64,000 nt of DNA from an uncultured delta proteobacterium. GTDB taxonomy: Bacteria > Desulfobacterota > Syntrophia > Syntrophales > UBA2185. Below are positions 42,084 through 52,518 of this stretch, in pieces (position 1 is the stretch's first letter; the number at the start of each line of letters is the position of its first letter). The notes under the pieces were generated by a model that did not search any database, was not told the DNA's origin, and saw only the letters and a list, made by a program, of their open reading frames with translations. Made by a program: the position numbers and the translations under genes. The stretch is taken from contig CAVOID010000005.1 in NCBI GenBank assembly GCA_963695875.1, positions 1 through 64,000 on the forward strand. Reading direction: 5' to 3'.

Positions 42084-45000
42084 CTATGCAACCATTTCCT
42101 GGATGCTCACCCTGGCGGTAAACCACCACTCTTCCTCACCCGGTGCGCTGATTTCCATGCTCGCGATCTTAAAACCCGCTTCCGATATGATGGTCAGGAT
42201 GTCCTCCTTTGAGCGGAAGTGCGGCATACTTTTTTGAAGCGTGATCCTTGTCGTTTCTATCCATCGTGTCCAGGGAATGCGTTTTCCCGAAGGCACCGTC
42301 GCCCTGATTATCAAAGAACCGTCTGTACGCATTTTTCCGCGAAGACGCTTTAAAGTCAACCTGAATTCGTCATCGGTTATCAGATGGATCATATCCAAGA
42401 GAAGCGCCGTGTCGGCCATCCCGGAAACGTCGGGTATATCGGGAGCGCCTCCGATCTCGACGGTACCCCTTTTGCCTATCGCCCGCGATGCGAAACGCAC
42501 ACGCTTACGATCTGGCTCGATGCCGTATACCTGCGCACGGGGAAACAGCTCGAGAAGCCAGACAGCGGGCACACCATAGCCTGTTCCCACATCTATGATG
42601 ATTACCGGCTGTTTGACAAAATCGGCAAGCCGCGGGAACATGGGATCGAGGATGATTTTGAAACGGGCAAAAAGCCTCGGATATGCCTCCATATGCCGGT
42701 ACCGCTCTAACGCACGCTGCCGGTGCCTTTTCGAACCGGGTACAATTACCTCATCCGACGGTTGTACAGGTGTAAACATCCGTTTCAGGATGGGCGGTGT
42801 AATCATCACAGCACCCAGGAAAGAATAACCAATTCCCAGGGCAAGGCCCAGCCCCGCACTTTTCAGCATGGCATTGTCTGCGAGCGCCAGAATACCGAAC
42901 CCCAGAAATGTTGTAGCGAAGGAAAGAAAAACGGAGAGGCGGATAAGCCCCAAAGAAGGATCATATTCATCGAAATAACGCTGATAGGAGCGTACGAGAT
43001 AAAGGGCATAGTCCGTTCCCATCCCTATGACAACGACAGATACCATGAGGGTCGGTATGGTGAGAGGCTGCCCCGTGATATTCAATGTGCCGAGGGTGCA
43101 TATCAGGGCAAATAGTGTCGGCGCTATGCCGAGCAGGGTAAGCTGCCAGTCGAAAAAATAGAAGAAGGCCGTCAATATCGTGATGATGCCCACGATGACA
43201 GCCATCTTGATGAAGGCGGAAAGCAAGGTTGCTTCAAACCGTTTACCGAAGAGGGCCGGATCAAACACCCTTGCCAGCCCTGTTGCCGTGAAACGCCCGT
43301 AAAAATCCTCTCCATCATATGATGGCCCCGGTGTCAGGGTCGCAACCTCTACCCAGGAAGACCGATCCTGATTCATCGATATGCCGAGAAGGCCGGAAAA
43401 TTTTTCGGGCATATCTGTCCCCTGCACGTCCCGTTTATTTAGCAGTATGAAAAAAGGATTAAAAGCGGAAGGTGAAAAACCCAATGGCCGTGACTCTTCT
43501 CCCATAATCTTTCGAAGCCCGGCAACCCGATCCGGATTCCAGAAGCTCTGCCAGGCCGCAAGATTCTTTCGTGCCATCTCCTCGCCCGGGAAAAGCATGG
43601 AAGGGACAAATGCCTGGGAAAGCCGGCCGGCTGCAACTTCCTGAGAAAGCATATCGGCAAGACGATCGCTTTTCCGCTGCAGATCATGCCGATCGCATCC
43701 CTCCACCATAAGATACAGCCTGCTCATGATATCGCCCCATACATCGCGGACGAGTTTCTCGGCGCTTAGCGTCTCCTGGCTGACGGCGTTCATGGTATTC
43801 AGATCGACACGAAATTCCGGCCTGGCGAAAAACAGCATTACAATCGCAAAAGCCAATGCGGCATACGCCTTCCACATACCGCCGGAAGACGCGATTCTGT
43901 TGACTATGCGCTGCAGCGGCAGATAGGGCGGGTGTTTTGCGGGGGTCATCACGGGAAATAACAGCGGGAAGAAAGTGTGAACAAAGATATAGGTAAATAC
44001 AACTCCCAGAGCGGCAAACTGGCCTATCTCCATCAGGGCGGGAAACCCGCTCACGGACAGAAATGCAAAGCTGACGGCAGTCGTCAGCATGGCAAGGAGA
44101 CCCAGGGACCAGACCTCCCTGGTAGTTTCCAGGCCGCGTGTTTCGTATGGACGGTCAAGAAAAAGAAGATAGGTGATACCGTAATCAACGGTAAAGGAAA
44201 TAATCGCCCCGCCAAAACCGACGGCCAGCATGGAAATGGTAGGGTGAAAAAGGGAATACACAAAGATCGCCATCATGGTTCCGGCAAAGGCCGGCAGCAG
44301 GGACAAGAGTCCGATCAGGGGTCTGGGAAAGCCTACGAAGAGCAGGAGGGCGATGGCAACAGTTGAAAACAGGACTGCCCTCTTGACATTCCTTTTTGCG
44401 CTAAGCTCATTATCAAGAGCGGCACGATAGGCGCCGACCGGTGTCAGCGTGAATCCGTTCTGCCGGCCATATTTCCCATGCAGCTCCTCAGAGATATTAT
44501 CCAACAGCGTCGTGGCATGTCTTGAAAACCTCGTATCCATGCCGGAACTTAAAGGCTCGGCGATGATCAAGATATGCTTTCCGTCCGATGAGACGAGATG
44601 ACCTTTATATATCCGGGCACCTTTTGCGGGTGAAAGAAACGATAAACGTGAAAGGACCAGATTTCGCAATGCGAGGGGATCATCGGAGATAAGCCCGGTC
44701 TGGCCGATCCCTTCAAGAAGATGCAGGGAAGAGTAATAGGCCCCCATGGTCTGCCGCACCTTTTCGGGCGCCAGCAGTGGTTTGACGTTCTCTTCAAGCT
44801 CCTTCTTATCGAAGAGGATCGGGAAGATGATCGACAATATGCCGGATCAGCTCCGGCATCAATTGACCGATGTGACTGAATCCCACCTCTTTGAAGAGGC
44901 CGCTCTGCCCGCATTTCAGCTTCAACCAGGTTCGCCCCTTCAATAAGGACATCAATGTCCCCGCCGGGATATCCCACGTCGACGACCACCCGGTCATGAA

Positions 45001-45181
45001 TCGGATGATGCATGATAACATAGCGAGCATCGGCTAAAACGGGATCGCTCTGGGGAAGAGAGGCCAAGATATCGGTATCAAATTGGAGACGGTATATCCC
45101 TGCTGTGAATAGCCCTACGACAGCTAAGATCACGACGATCACAAGGGACCATCTCAAAAGGTATCTGTGCGCATTCATCAT
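42084..45181 (-). CDS. MMPL/RND-family exporter fused to a C-terminal class I methyltransferase, frameshifted near 44830-44920
   Basis: Two TM bundles (TVDYG, GMGTDY); C-terminal IIDVGTGYG, LLDMIH. Confidence 0.85.
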
Positions 45182-45198
45182 GAAAGGTTATCAAAAGG

Positions 45199-45916
45199 CT
45201 ATTTTCTTCGTATAAAGGGCAATACACATAATCTCATGAAAATCAGACGGCTGAAGGTGCCGGTATTCCGGCAGAAATCGACAAAGCCGCGATAATGGGA
45301 GACCCTCTCATTTTCGGTTTCATACGTCACGTCGACGGGCGTCTCCAGAACAGGTATGCCATGCCATTTAGCCCTGACCAGAATTTCAACCTCAAATTGG
45401 AAACGCTGCGCCCTCACACCGAGATGCATGGCCTCCGGAAGGGGATACAGTCTGAATCCGCTTTGCGTGTCACGGATGTCCGGACCTCCTGACGTTCGAA
45501 CCCAGAAGTTTGAAAACGCCCTGCCAAAACGGCTCGTCCACGGCACATGGCGGTGATTCATTCCCTCCCTGTGACCGACAACGATGGGTCTTTGGCCAAG
45601 TGGAACAGCCATGATCAGATTCCGGGCATCTTCAGGATGATGTTGTCCATCGGCATCCATGGTGACTACCCAGTCCGCCAGGGGGGCAGCCGCTGCAAAA
45701 CCGGTCAGAATGGCAGCGCCCTTTCCTCTGTTGGTTCCATGACGGATGATGGTGACAGGCAATATATCCTTTATACGGTCGTAAGTGGAATCCGTCGAGC
45801 CGTCATCGATAACAAACAGGGGCAAGTGAAGCTTCAGGGCTTCCCTGACCACCTGCGTAACCTTCTCCCTCATGATTGTAAACGGGAATCACGACAGCAA
45901 TGCGGTCTTTGTTCAT
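45199..45916 (-). CDS. Glycosyltransferase family 2, 5' frameshift
   Basis: VVIPVYNH, IDDGSTD, NRGKGAA, MDADGQH, DTQSGFRLYP. Confidence 0.92.
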
Positions 45917-45988
45917 CAGTCCGCTTTCTCACTCCAAATGATTATCCCTGATCGAATCCACAGGGAACTAGGTATGTCGTCTCAAATC

Positions 45989-46264
45989 TTAATTCCTCTC
46001 CCTGAACTTCTTCATCGCTGCGGGGATCTTGTCCGGCTGTTCCATAAGCATGACCAGATCATTAAATATTGTATCTTCATGCAGAAGTTCCAGCGGGAGA
46101 TCCACATGGAAGGTATCGTGTAAAAGGATCTGTAAATTCACAGCCACCATTGAATCCCAGTCGGGGATTTCACCCAGTTTAGTCTCCGGGGTGATAGATC
46201 CGTCGCCGATTTCAAAAAAATTATCCAAGAGAACTTGTTTCATCGTTTGCCAAATATCATTCAT
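45989..46264 (-). CDS. Acyl carrier protein (ACP-1)
   Basis: PDWDSMVAV motif; small acidic protein. Confidence 0.8.
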   Translation of the reverse strand: MNDIWQTMKQVLLDNFFEIGDGSITPETKLGEIPDWDSMVAVNLQILLHDTFHVDLPLELLHEDTIFNDLVMLMEQPDKIPAAMKKFRERN

Positions 46265-46279
46265 GCCATGTTCCTCACG

Positions 46280-47260
46280 TCAGATACGTATCAGGTTCGC
46301 TCCCCAGGACAGCCCACCACCAAAAGATACTGTTACGACAAGATCGCCTTTCGCAACGACGCTCGTGGAAATCGCTTCATCGAGGGCTATCAGAACGGAC
46401 GCGGCAGCGGTATTGCCGTAGGAAGAGAGGTTCATAAAAAACCGGTCCGCGGATACAGCGAGAATGCCTGCGATTTTGTGAATGATATTCGCATTCGCCT
46501 GATGACAGACAAAGCACTTGATGTCGTTTATTTCCACGTCAGCATCCTTGAGGATCTGAAGAATGATCTCGGAACCTTTGTCCACGGCAAAGTTAAATAC
46601 ATCGATCCCTTTCATCTTGAAAAACGCCGACCTGGTATTGGTCATTTTTGCAAAAGGCAGCATCGTCCCCCCTGCGGGAACACTGATGGTATCGCTGCCG
46701 CTTCCGTCTGTTCTCAGACAGGAATGCAGAACTCCTTCGGCAGAGGTGCCGCCTGCTTGAAAAAGGACGGCCCCGGCACCGTCTCCGAAAAAGGGATATG
46801 AGGAAAAATCCTTTCGATTCATTATTTTTGAATAGACTTCCGATGCGACCAAAAGGACATTGTCGCAATATCCCGATTTAATGAGGGCGTCCGCAATGGC
46901 AATGCCGAAGGTGCTTCCCGAACAGACTGAATTGATGTCGAAGGCAAAGGCCTTCTTCGCACCTATAATATGCTGCACCCGCGCCGCTGTCGCTGGCTGC
47001 ATACGATCCGGAGAAGAGGTGGCAAGAAGAATCGCTTCCAACATTTCCGGTGAATAAGCAATCTTATCAAGACACTTAATCGCCGCCTGCACAGCCAGAT
47101 CCGACGTGCATTCCTTATCGGAGGCCATCCTTCGGAAAAACACACCGGTCTTCTCGCCGATAAGATGAATCGCCTCCTGTGGAAATTGTTTCAGGTCTTC
47201 ATTGCTGACGACTGTTTCCGGCAGGTAGCTGCCCGTTGATGCTATAACCGCATTGCGCAT
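46280..47260 (-). CDS. fabH: 3-oxoacyl-ACP synthase III
   Basis: SVCSGS, FGDGAGA, HQAN, GNT, FGGG. Confidence 0.93.
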   Translation of the reverse strand: MRNAVIASTGSYLPETVVSNEDLKQFPQEAIHLIGEKTGVFFRRMASDKECTSDLAVQAAIKCLDKIAYSPEMLEAILLATSSPDRMQPATAARVQHIIGAKKAFAFDINSVCSGSTFGIAIADALIKSGYCDNVLLVASEVYSKIMNRKDFSSYPFFGDGAGAVLFQAGGTSAEGVLHSCLRTDGSGSDTISVPAGGTMLPFAKMTNTRSAFFKMKGIDVFNFAVDKGSEIILQILKDADVEINDIKCFVCHQANANIIHKIAGILAVSADRFFMNLSSYGNTAAASVLIALDEAISTSVVAKGDLVVTVSFGGGLSWGANLIRI

Positions 47261-47288
47261 TTAATAACTTATCCGCCTCAAATTATAA

Positions 47289-47708
47289 TCAAAACCCCAG
47301 GGCCTGTCTGATTTCATCGGGGATGGTGAACATGATTTCCATCTCCGGCGCCTTTACGGCAACCTGCTCGGTTCTCCCGCGGGTACAAACTCTGCCGTCA
47401 GCTTTAAGCCTGATTTCAAAATCCACGATGATTTTTGTCTTTCCCTCAACCACAGTGGCCTTGCAGATAAATTCATCGCCGTGCCTCAGGGGATAGATGT
47501 GTTTTGTGGTCGTCTTGATGATGGGAAACAGATACTGTGTCCTCAGATAAAACTCATAGAGGTCTATGCCCACCTGTGCGAAAAGGGCCACTCTGGCATC
47601 CTCAAAGTAAAGAAAATAATTCCCGTGCCATACGATCTGCATGGGGTCAAGATCGTAAAACGGCACCTTGTGCGTAATCTCGCAGCTCGGCTGATGTTTT
47701 CCGGTCAT
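47289..47708 (-). CDS. Hotdog acyl-CoA/ACP thioesterase (aryl-polyene/flexirubin cluster type)
   Basis: VPFYDLDPMQIVWHGNY..YFEDAR, TEQVAV. Confidence 0.88.
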   Translation of the reverse strand: MTGKHQPSCEITHKVPFYDLDPMQIVWHGNYFLYFEDARVALFAQVGIDLYEFYLRTQYLFPIIKTTTKHIYPLRHGDEFICKATVVEGKTKIIVDFEIRLKADGRVCTRGRTEQVAVKAPEMEIMFTIPDEIRQALGF

Positions 47709-47910
47709 TATGATTTCCCTTTTTTAATTGGGGAAGTATAGGAAGAAGGTTGGTAACTGTCAAGAGGAAACGACCAAGTGCTGTTTCTTCTTTATGCCAT
47801 ATGCGGCTTCCGTTAAAACATAAAACTCCGAAGTCCGCCAGTATGAGCAGGATAAGGCATTTTATCATAATTCTTTTGACACACAGGGACATTTTACTTA
47901 CACTTAACCA

Positions 47911-49362
47911 ATGAAAAAGGGTATTTCTGTCAAAAAACGTATTGCCCTTGTCCATCCGCGTGGATTTAACTGGTTTCCCGGTCAGCGCGATATCACGGAT
48001 ATCGCCAATCGCATGGTCCCTCAGGGATTGCTTTCCATCGCCTCTTATCTATTAAACCAGGGACATGACGTTTCTGTTTACGACTGCCTCGGTCCGGACA
48101 TTCCCTTTGACCTAAATGAGCAGGCTAAAGCAATCCTGGATTATCAACCGCAGATTGTCGGATTTTCGGCCACAACATCTTCGTTCTTGGATGCTGCGGA
48201 GATCGCACAAAAAATCAAGGAACACTCTCGGCATATTACAACTGTCTGCGGAGGCGTCCATGTTTCTGCATTGGAGGGCAAGCTGCTTCACTCTTACGGT
48301 GCCTTTGATTTTCTTTGCGCCGGCGAGGGTGAAATGACAATGGCAGAGATTGCCCAGGGCATGGATCCCGCTGAAATCAAGGGTTTGATATGGCGTCAAG
48401 GCTCCCATGCAGCTACAAATCAGCCGCGCCCCCAGATAGCCGATCTGGACAGTCTTCCTTTTCCCGCTTATGAAAAACTCAGAGGCTTCCCTTCCGATTA
48501 CCATCTGCCTTTGTTCAGCTATGTAAATACGCCCGGGGCGACGATGATTACCTCAAGGGGATGCGTGCATCAATGTTCTTACTGTGACCGTTCCGTGTTC
48601 AAGAAGGGATTCCGCTATAACTCGGCATCTTACATTTACGAACACATGAAATATCTGCGGACAAGATTCAATGTGCGGCATATCAATATTTATGATGACC
48701 TGTTTACGGCAGACCGTGTGCGGATTGTTGAGCTTTGCGAGAAACTCGCCCGTCATCCGTTGGGGATAAATTTCAACTGTGCTGTGAGGGTAGGTTACAC
48801 GGACGATGAATTGCTCAAGATGCTGAAAGATGCGGGCTGCCTCATGGTTTCCCTCGGCATAGAATCAGCAGACCCGCACATATTAGCCAGGCACAAATCG
48901 GGGGTTTCGCTCGACGATGTGCGTGATACCGTAAGGCGTATCCAGGCTGCGGGGCTGCGGGCAAAAGGGCTGTTTATGATGGGGCTGCCGGGCGAAACGG
49001 AAGAATCTATTCGACGGACATCTGATTTTATTATATCATTGGGAGTGGATGATATGAATATGTCCAAGTTTACCCCCTTCCCCGGCGCACCTCTCTGGTC
49101 GACTATCAGGGAAGAAGGGGCCTTTAATGAAGATTGGCGGCTTATGAATTGTCTGAATTTTGTTTTTGTCCCGAAAGGAATTGCATCAAAAGAGAAAATG
49201 GATCTACTTTACAATGAGCACGTGAAGCGCTTTTATTCAGATCCTGATTGGCGCGGAAAATTCCGGCGTCGTCTATGGCAGCACCGTAGAAGTCTGATGT
49301 ATTTAATTCGTCATCTACCGTCTTTCTGGTCGGCGAAGCGCCAGTTTGAGCCTGGCAAATGA
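47911..49362 (+). CDS. B12-binding radical SAM protein, divergent from the cluster
   Basis: PQGLLSIA, GFSATT, GGVHVS, TSRGCVHQCSYC, MMGLPGET. Confidence 0.92.
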   Translation: MKKGISVKKRIALVHPRGFNWFPGQRDITDIANRMVPQGLLSIASYLLNQGHDVSVYDCLGPDIPFDLNEQAKAILDYQPQIVGFSATTSSFLDAAEIAQKIKEHSRHITTVCGGVHVSALEGKLLHSYGAFDFLCAGEGEMTMAEIAQGMDPAEIKGLIWRQGSHAATNQPRPQIADLDSLPFPAYEKLRGFPSDYHLPLFSYVNTPGATMITSRGCVHQCSYCDRSVFKKGFRYNSASYIYEHMKYLRTRFNVRHINIYDDLFTADRVRIVELCEKLARHPLGINFNCAVRVGYTDDELLKMLKDAGCLMVSLGIESADPHILARHKSGVSLDDVRDTVRRIQAAGLRAKGLFMMGLPGETEESIRRTSDFIISLGVDDMNMSKFTPFPGAPLWSTIREEGAFNEDWRLMNCLNFVFVPKGIASKEKMDLLYNEHVKRFYSDPDWRGKFRRRLWQHRRSLMYLIRHLPSFWSAKRQFEPGK

Positions 49363-49395
49363 AGTATATAGTGGGATTCCAATTGTGAGGTAAAT

Positions 49396-50238
49396 ATGCG
49401 TATTCATCGTTGGCTGGTGGCAGCTTTAATAATCTGTGGCTTTTTACTACCCCAGAGCGCTATTTGTGAGGAAAAGCCTCTTTGGGAATTGGGTGCGGGG
49501 TTAGCACTTCTCCGGCTTCCTGATTATCGGGGTTCTGACGAAAACAGATACTACTTACTGCCTTTTCCCTACATAATCTATCGCGGCGATATTTTAAGAG
49601 TAGACAGGGAGCGTATTTCGGGACGCATATTTAAAACTGACAGACTCTTATTAGACGTCAGTCTTTACGGTAGTGTGCCTGTCGATAGTTCCAGAAACAG
49701 CGCCCGCAGCGGCATGCCGGATCTGGATCCGACTTTTGAAATAGGCCCATCGCTGGAAGTTAAGCTTCTGGATAACAAACAGGATCGTTATAAATTAGGT
49801 GTCAACCTGCCTGTGCGCGCCGTTTTTGCGATAAATTCTTCATCGTTGTATCGTGAAGGCTTTGTATTCAGTCCAAGGCTGAATTTCGAAAAAAACGATT
49901 TAATTCCCGAGACCGGTTTAAATCTGGGAATTTCAGCCGGTCCGATGTTCGCTACCAGTGATTATCATAGTTATTATTATTCGGTGGATCCGGCTTTTGC
50001 CACTCCATCACGCCCTTCTTATTCCGCCGGCAGTGGCTATAGCGGTTCCAGGCTTACCGCCGGTTTAAATAAAGGTTATAAACAACTTATCTTTAATGCT
50101 TTTGTCAGTCTGGATTTCCTCCAGGGCGCCGTTTTTGAGGACTCTCCATTGGTAAAAACCAAATATTCCGTCATGTGGGGTTTTGCCGTATCCTGGATTT
50201 TTCTCAAATCGGAAAGGTTAGTCTCGACAGATAGATAA
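49396..50238 (+). CDS. MipA/OmpV-family outer membrane protein
   Basis: Signal peptide; PLWELGAG...PDYRGS, MPDLD.TFEIGP, DSPLV. Confidence 0.82.
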   Translation: MRIHRWLVAALIICGFLLPQSAICEEKPLWELGAGLALLRLPDYRGSDENRYYLLPFPYIIYRGDILRVDRERISGRIFKTDRLLLDVSLYGSVPVDSSRNSARSGMPDLDPTFEIGPSLEVKLLDNKQDRYKLGVNLPVRAVFAINSSSLYREGFVFSPRLNFEKNDLIPETGLNLGISAGPMFATSDYHSYYYSVDPAFATPSRPSYSAGSGYSGSRLTAGLNKGYKQLIFNAFVSLDFLQGAVFEDSPLVKTKYSVMWGFAVSWIFLKSERLVSTDR

Positions 50239-50342
50239 CGCTGATTGTGCAATATCTCATTTCCCAAAAATCATTTGACAACATGTTGACTTTTCATTAG
50301 ATTAAATTGCAATCAAATCCATGTCAGCCGGAAGAGCCTTTC

Positions 50343-52484
50343 ATGTTAAAACTTAGGATACCTCTCATTGTCATCTTCATCCTTCTCCTGCCTCTTCATG
50401 GATATTCCGCCCCACCTCTCCTGAGCCGCTGGGTAACACTCCGTTCAGACTCGAGGGAACAGGTCAAAGAGATCATCCGCTCCGAGGTGGACAGCCGCGA
50501 AGGTTACTCTACCTCTCAGGAGGAAAAGGCGAATCTGAACGCCGTGGACGATGAAAAGGAGACAGAGGACACGGGATACAAAAAAGCCATCGCTTCCGCA
50601 AACAGGGAGTTCGGTCGGGCCAAGAAAAGGCGTGATGATGTGACGACCCAGTTCCAGGTAATTTCAACAGAACTGGAAGAACAGCAGAAAAATATCAAAA
50701 CAATCAAGACCGGCATCGAGAATCTGGACAGCCAGATCACCCGCTTCAACCAGGACATCAATACCCAGCAAGCCGCTCTCAAAAAATGGCTTCAGACCGA
50801 AAAACAAGGGGAGGCTCTCGCGGCTGTGATCTATACCCGGGGGTTCAAGGATAAAGCCCACGCTCTGGAAAGCTTAGCCGATCAGGCCTCGGCTCCGCTG
50901 ATGGCCCAGTATATGGGCACCTACATACAATCTTTCACAAAAGTCATCAATGCTGTCCTTTCCGTCGATTTTATCCGTGCTATCGAGGAAGGAACAGCCA
51001 AGTGGAACAACGAGGAACCTTTGCGGATCGAACTTGAAAAGGGGAATAAGGGCACCGCCTATCTGCGCCTGAAGCGCTATGAGTTGTACCCCTTCCAGCC
51101 TCCAAAAGGGGGGCGGGTAAAACCGATGCCGGCTTCAAAAAACATCCAGGCTGTTGTTGCCACTTCGAAAAAGGAACTGGATGCATTTCTTGCTCAAAAT
51201 GGCTATTCCCCGGCCAATTATGACTTGACACGTGCCTACAACGCGGTCAAGGAGACTGCACAGATGAATGCCGCTGCCGAAGAAGGTCTCCAGGAGCAGG
51301 TCCGTTCGTTCCAGGATAGGATTAATTCCCTACAGGAAAGGATCTCCTCTGCACGATCGGAAAAGGAATCACAGTTGTCACTCCTGAAGAGGAAGGAGGA
51401 ACAGGTCAAGAAGACATCGCAGGATACTGCCTCAGTGCAGTCGAATAAGGAAGAGGCAGACCACGCCTTCCAGGGGACACAGAAAGCCCTCCACGATATC
51501 CGGCGTGTCCGGGAATCCATCATCATCAAAACCGCCCTTGCCACTGCGCGGGGTTCCCAGAGCCCTGCTGAGGCGTCAGCGGAAGCCATCAACGATAAGC
51601 TGGCCGAGGTGAAGAACGATGCGAAGACACAGCACTCAAGTTCCACTACGGAAGTGACCAATTTCCAGGTCACGGCGGAAGCTTCAATCCAGGCCGTCAC
51701 GGAAGCCCGCATCACCTCCGTTCGTTTGATCTCTTTTATCAATGAGGGGGATAGTGTCCGAGTAAAAATGGCTTTCCGGGTAAGAACAGTGCTGGGGGAG
51801 ACAGGAGAGGAAGGGACCAGGGAAACACCGCAGCCAGCCGCGAAGACTACACCCAAAAAGAAGATTGCCCGTGTGGTACCTCCACCTACTAGGCCATCGG
51901 GCGAGGAGGAAAGGAAAACGGTAACAGCACCGGAACCTGAAAAGGTTCCACCTGCTAGGCCATCGGGCGAGGAGGAAAGGAGAACGGTAACAGCACTGGA
52001 ACCTGAAAAGGCTCCACCTGCTAGGCCGCCCGTAAAGAGGAATCACAAGGCCCTGGGGTCCGGTGAAATCAAGGATATTTTATTTGAGTTAATCAGAGTC
52101 AAGATGTCGGGTGGAGAGATCTCCGTCTTTGTGGATGTGACGAACGTTTCCGAAGACTCCAACCGTCACGTGGCCATCTACGATGAGAACTATCGCTGGG
52201 GGAAATCGAAACTCACAGACACCGCGGGTAAGGACTATGAAGTCTCGCAGGTTGTTTTCTGGAAAGGAGATCAGAAGACATCCATGTACTCGGCAGGGAT
52301 GCGGGGGGTACAGGCAGATGCGGGATCAACACAAACGGCGCAGCTCATCTTCAAAAAAGTACCTTCCAACTTGAAAACGATCAAAAAACTTACGCTTCAT
52401 CCCTTCGTCTATTGGCGCGTGGTTTTCGTCTGGAAATGGCAGGATCAGGATCTGGCATTCGAGAATATCCGCTTGAGCCGATAG
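50343..52484 (+). CDS. Exported coiled-coil protein with Pro/Glu repeat linker and beta-rich C-terminal domain
   Basis: Long ORF, signal-like N-terminus, heptad-rich segments. Confidence 0.75.
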   Translation: MLKLRIPLIVIFILLLPLHGYSAPPLLSRWVTLRSDSREQVKEIIRSEVDSREGYSTSQEEKANLNAVDDEKETEDTGYKKAIASANREFGRAKKRRDDVTTQFQVISTELEEQQKNIKTIKTGIENLDSQITRFNQDINTQQAALKKWLQTEKQGEALAAVIYTRGFKDKAHALESLADQASAPLMAQYMGTYIQSFTKVINAVLSVDFIRAIEEGTAKWNNEEPLRIELEKGNKGTAYLRLKRYELYPFQPPKGGRVKPMPASKNIQAVVATSKKELDAFLAQNGYSPANYDLTRAYNAVKETAQMNAAAEEGLQEQVRSFQDRINSLQERISSARSEKESQLSLLKRKEEQVKKTSQDTASVQSNKEEADHAFQGTQKALHDIRRVRESIIIKTALATARGSQSPAEASAEAINDKLAEVKNDAKTQHSSSTTEVTNFQVTAEASIQAVTEARITSVRLISFINEGDSVRVKMAFRVRTVLGETGEEGTRETPQPAAKTTPKKKIARVVPPPTRPSGEEERKTVTAPEPEKVPPARPSGEEERRTVTALEPEKAPPARPPVKRNHKALGSGEIKDILFELIRVKMSGGEISVFVDVTNVSEDSNRHVAIYDENYRWGKSKLTDTAGKDYEVSQVVFWKGDQKTSMYSAGMRGVQADAGSTQTAQLIFKKVPSNLKTIKKLTLHPFVYWRVVFVWKWQDQDLAFENIRLSR
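51882..52027 (+). repeat. 66-bp in-frame tandem repeat, about 2.2 copies
   Basis: Units start at 51882, 51948 and 52014 and encode PPxRPSGEEERxTVTAxEPEKx. Confidence 0.92.
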
Positions 52485-52518
52485 ATACCCCGCATTCAGG
52501 AAAGAAAAGCCTGTCTCT

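Noticed and set aside
17412..49362. Calling the cluster a proven ladderane, aryl polyene or flexirubin pathway
   Set aside because: No DarA/DarB, aromatic starter enzymes or FabG seen, and ladderane genes are themselves only candidates; the product cannot be assigned from sequence
51882..52027. CRISPR array
   Set aside because: In-frame coding tandem repeat without unique spacers; no cas genes in the window
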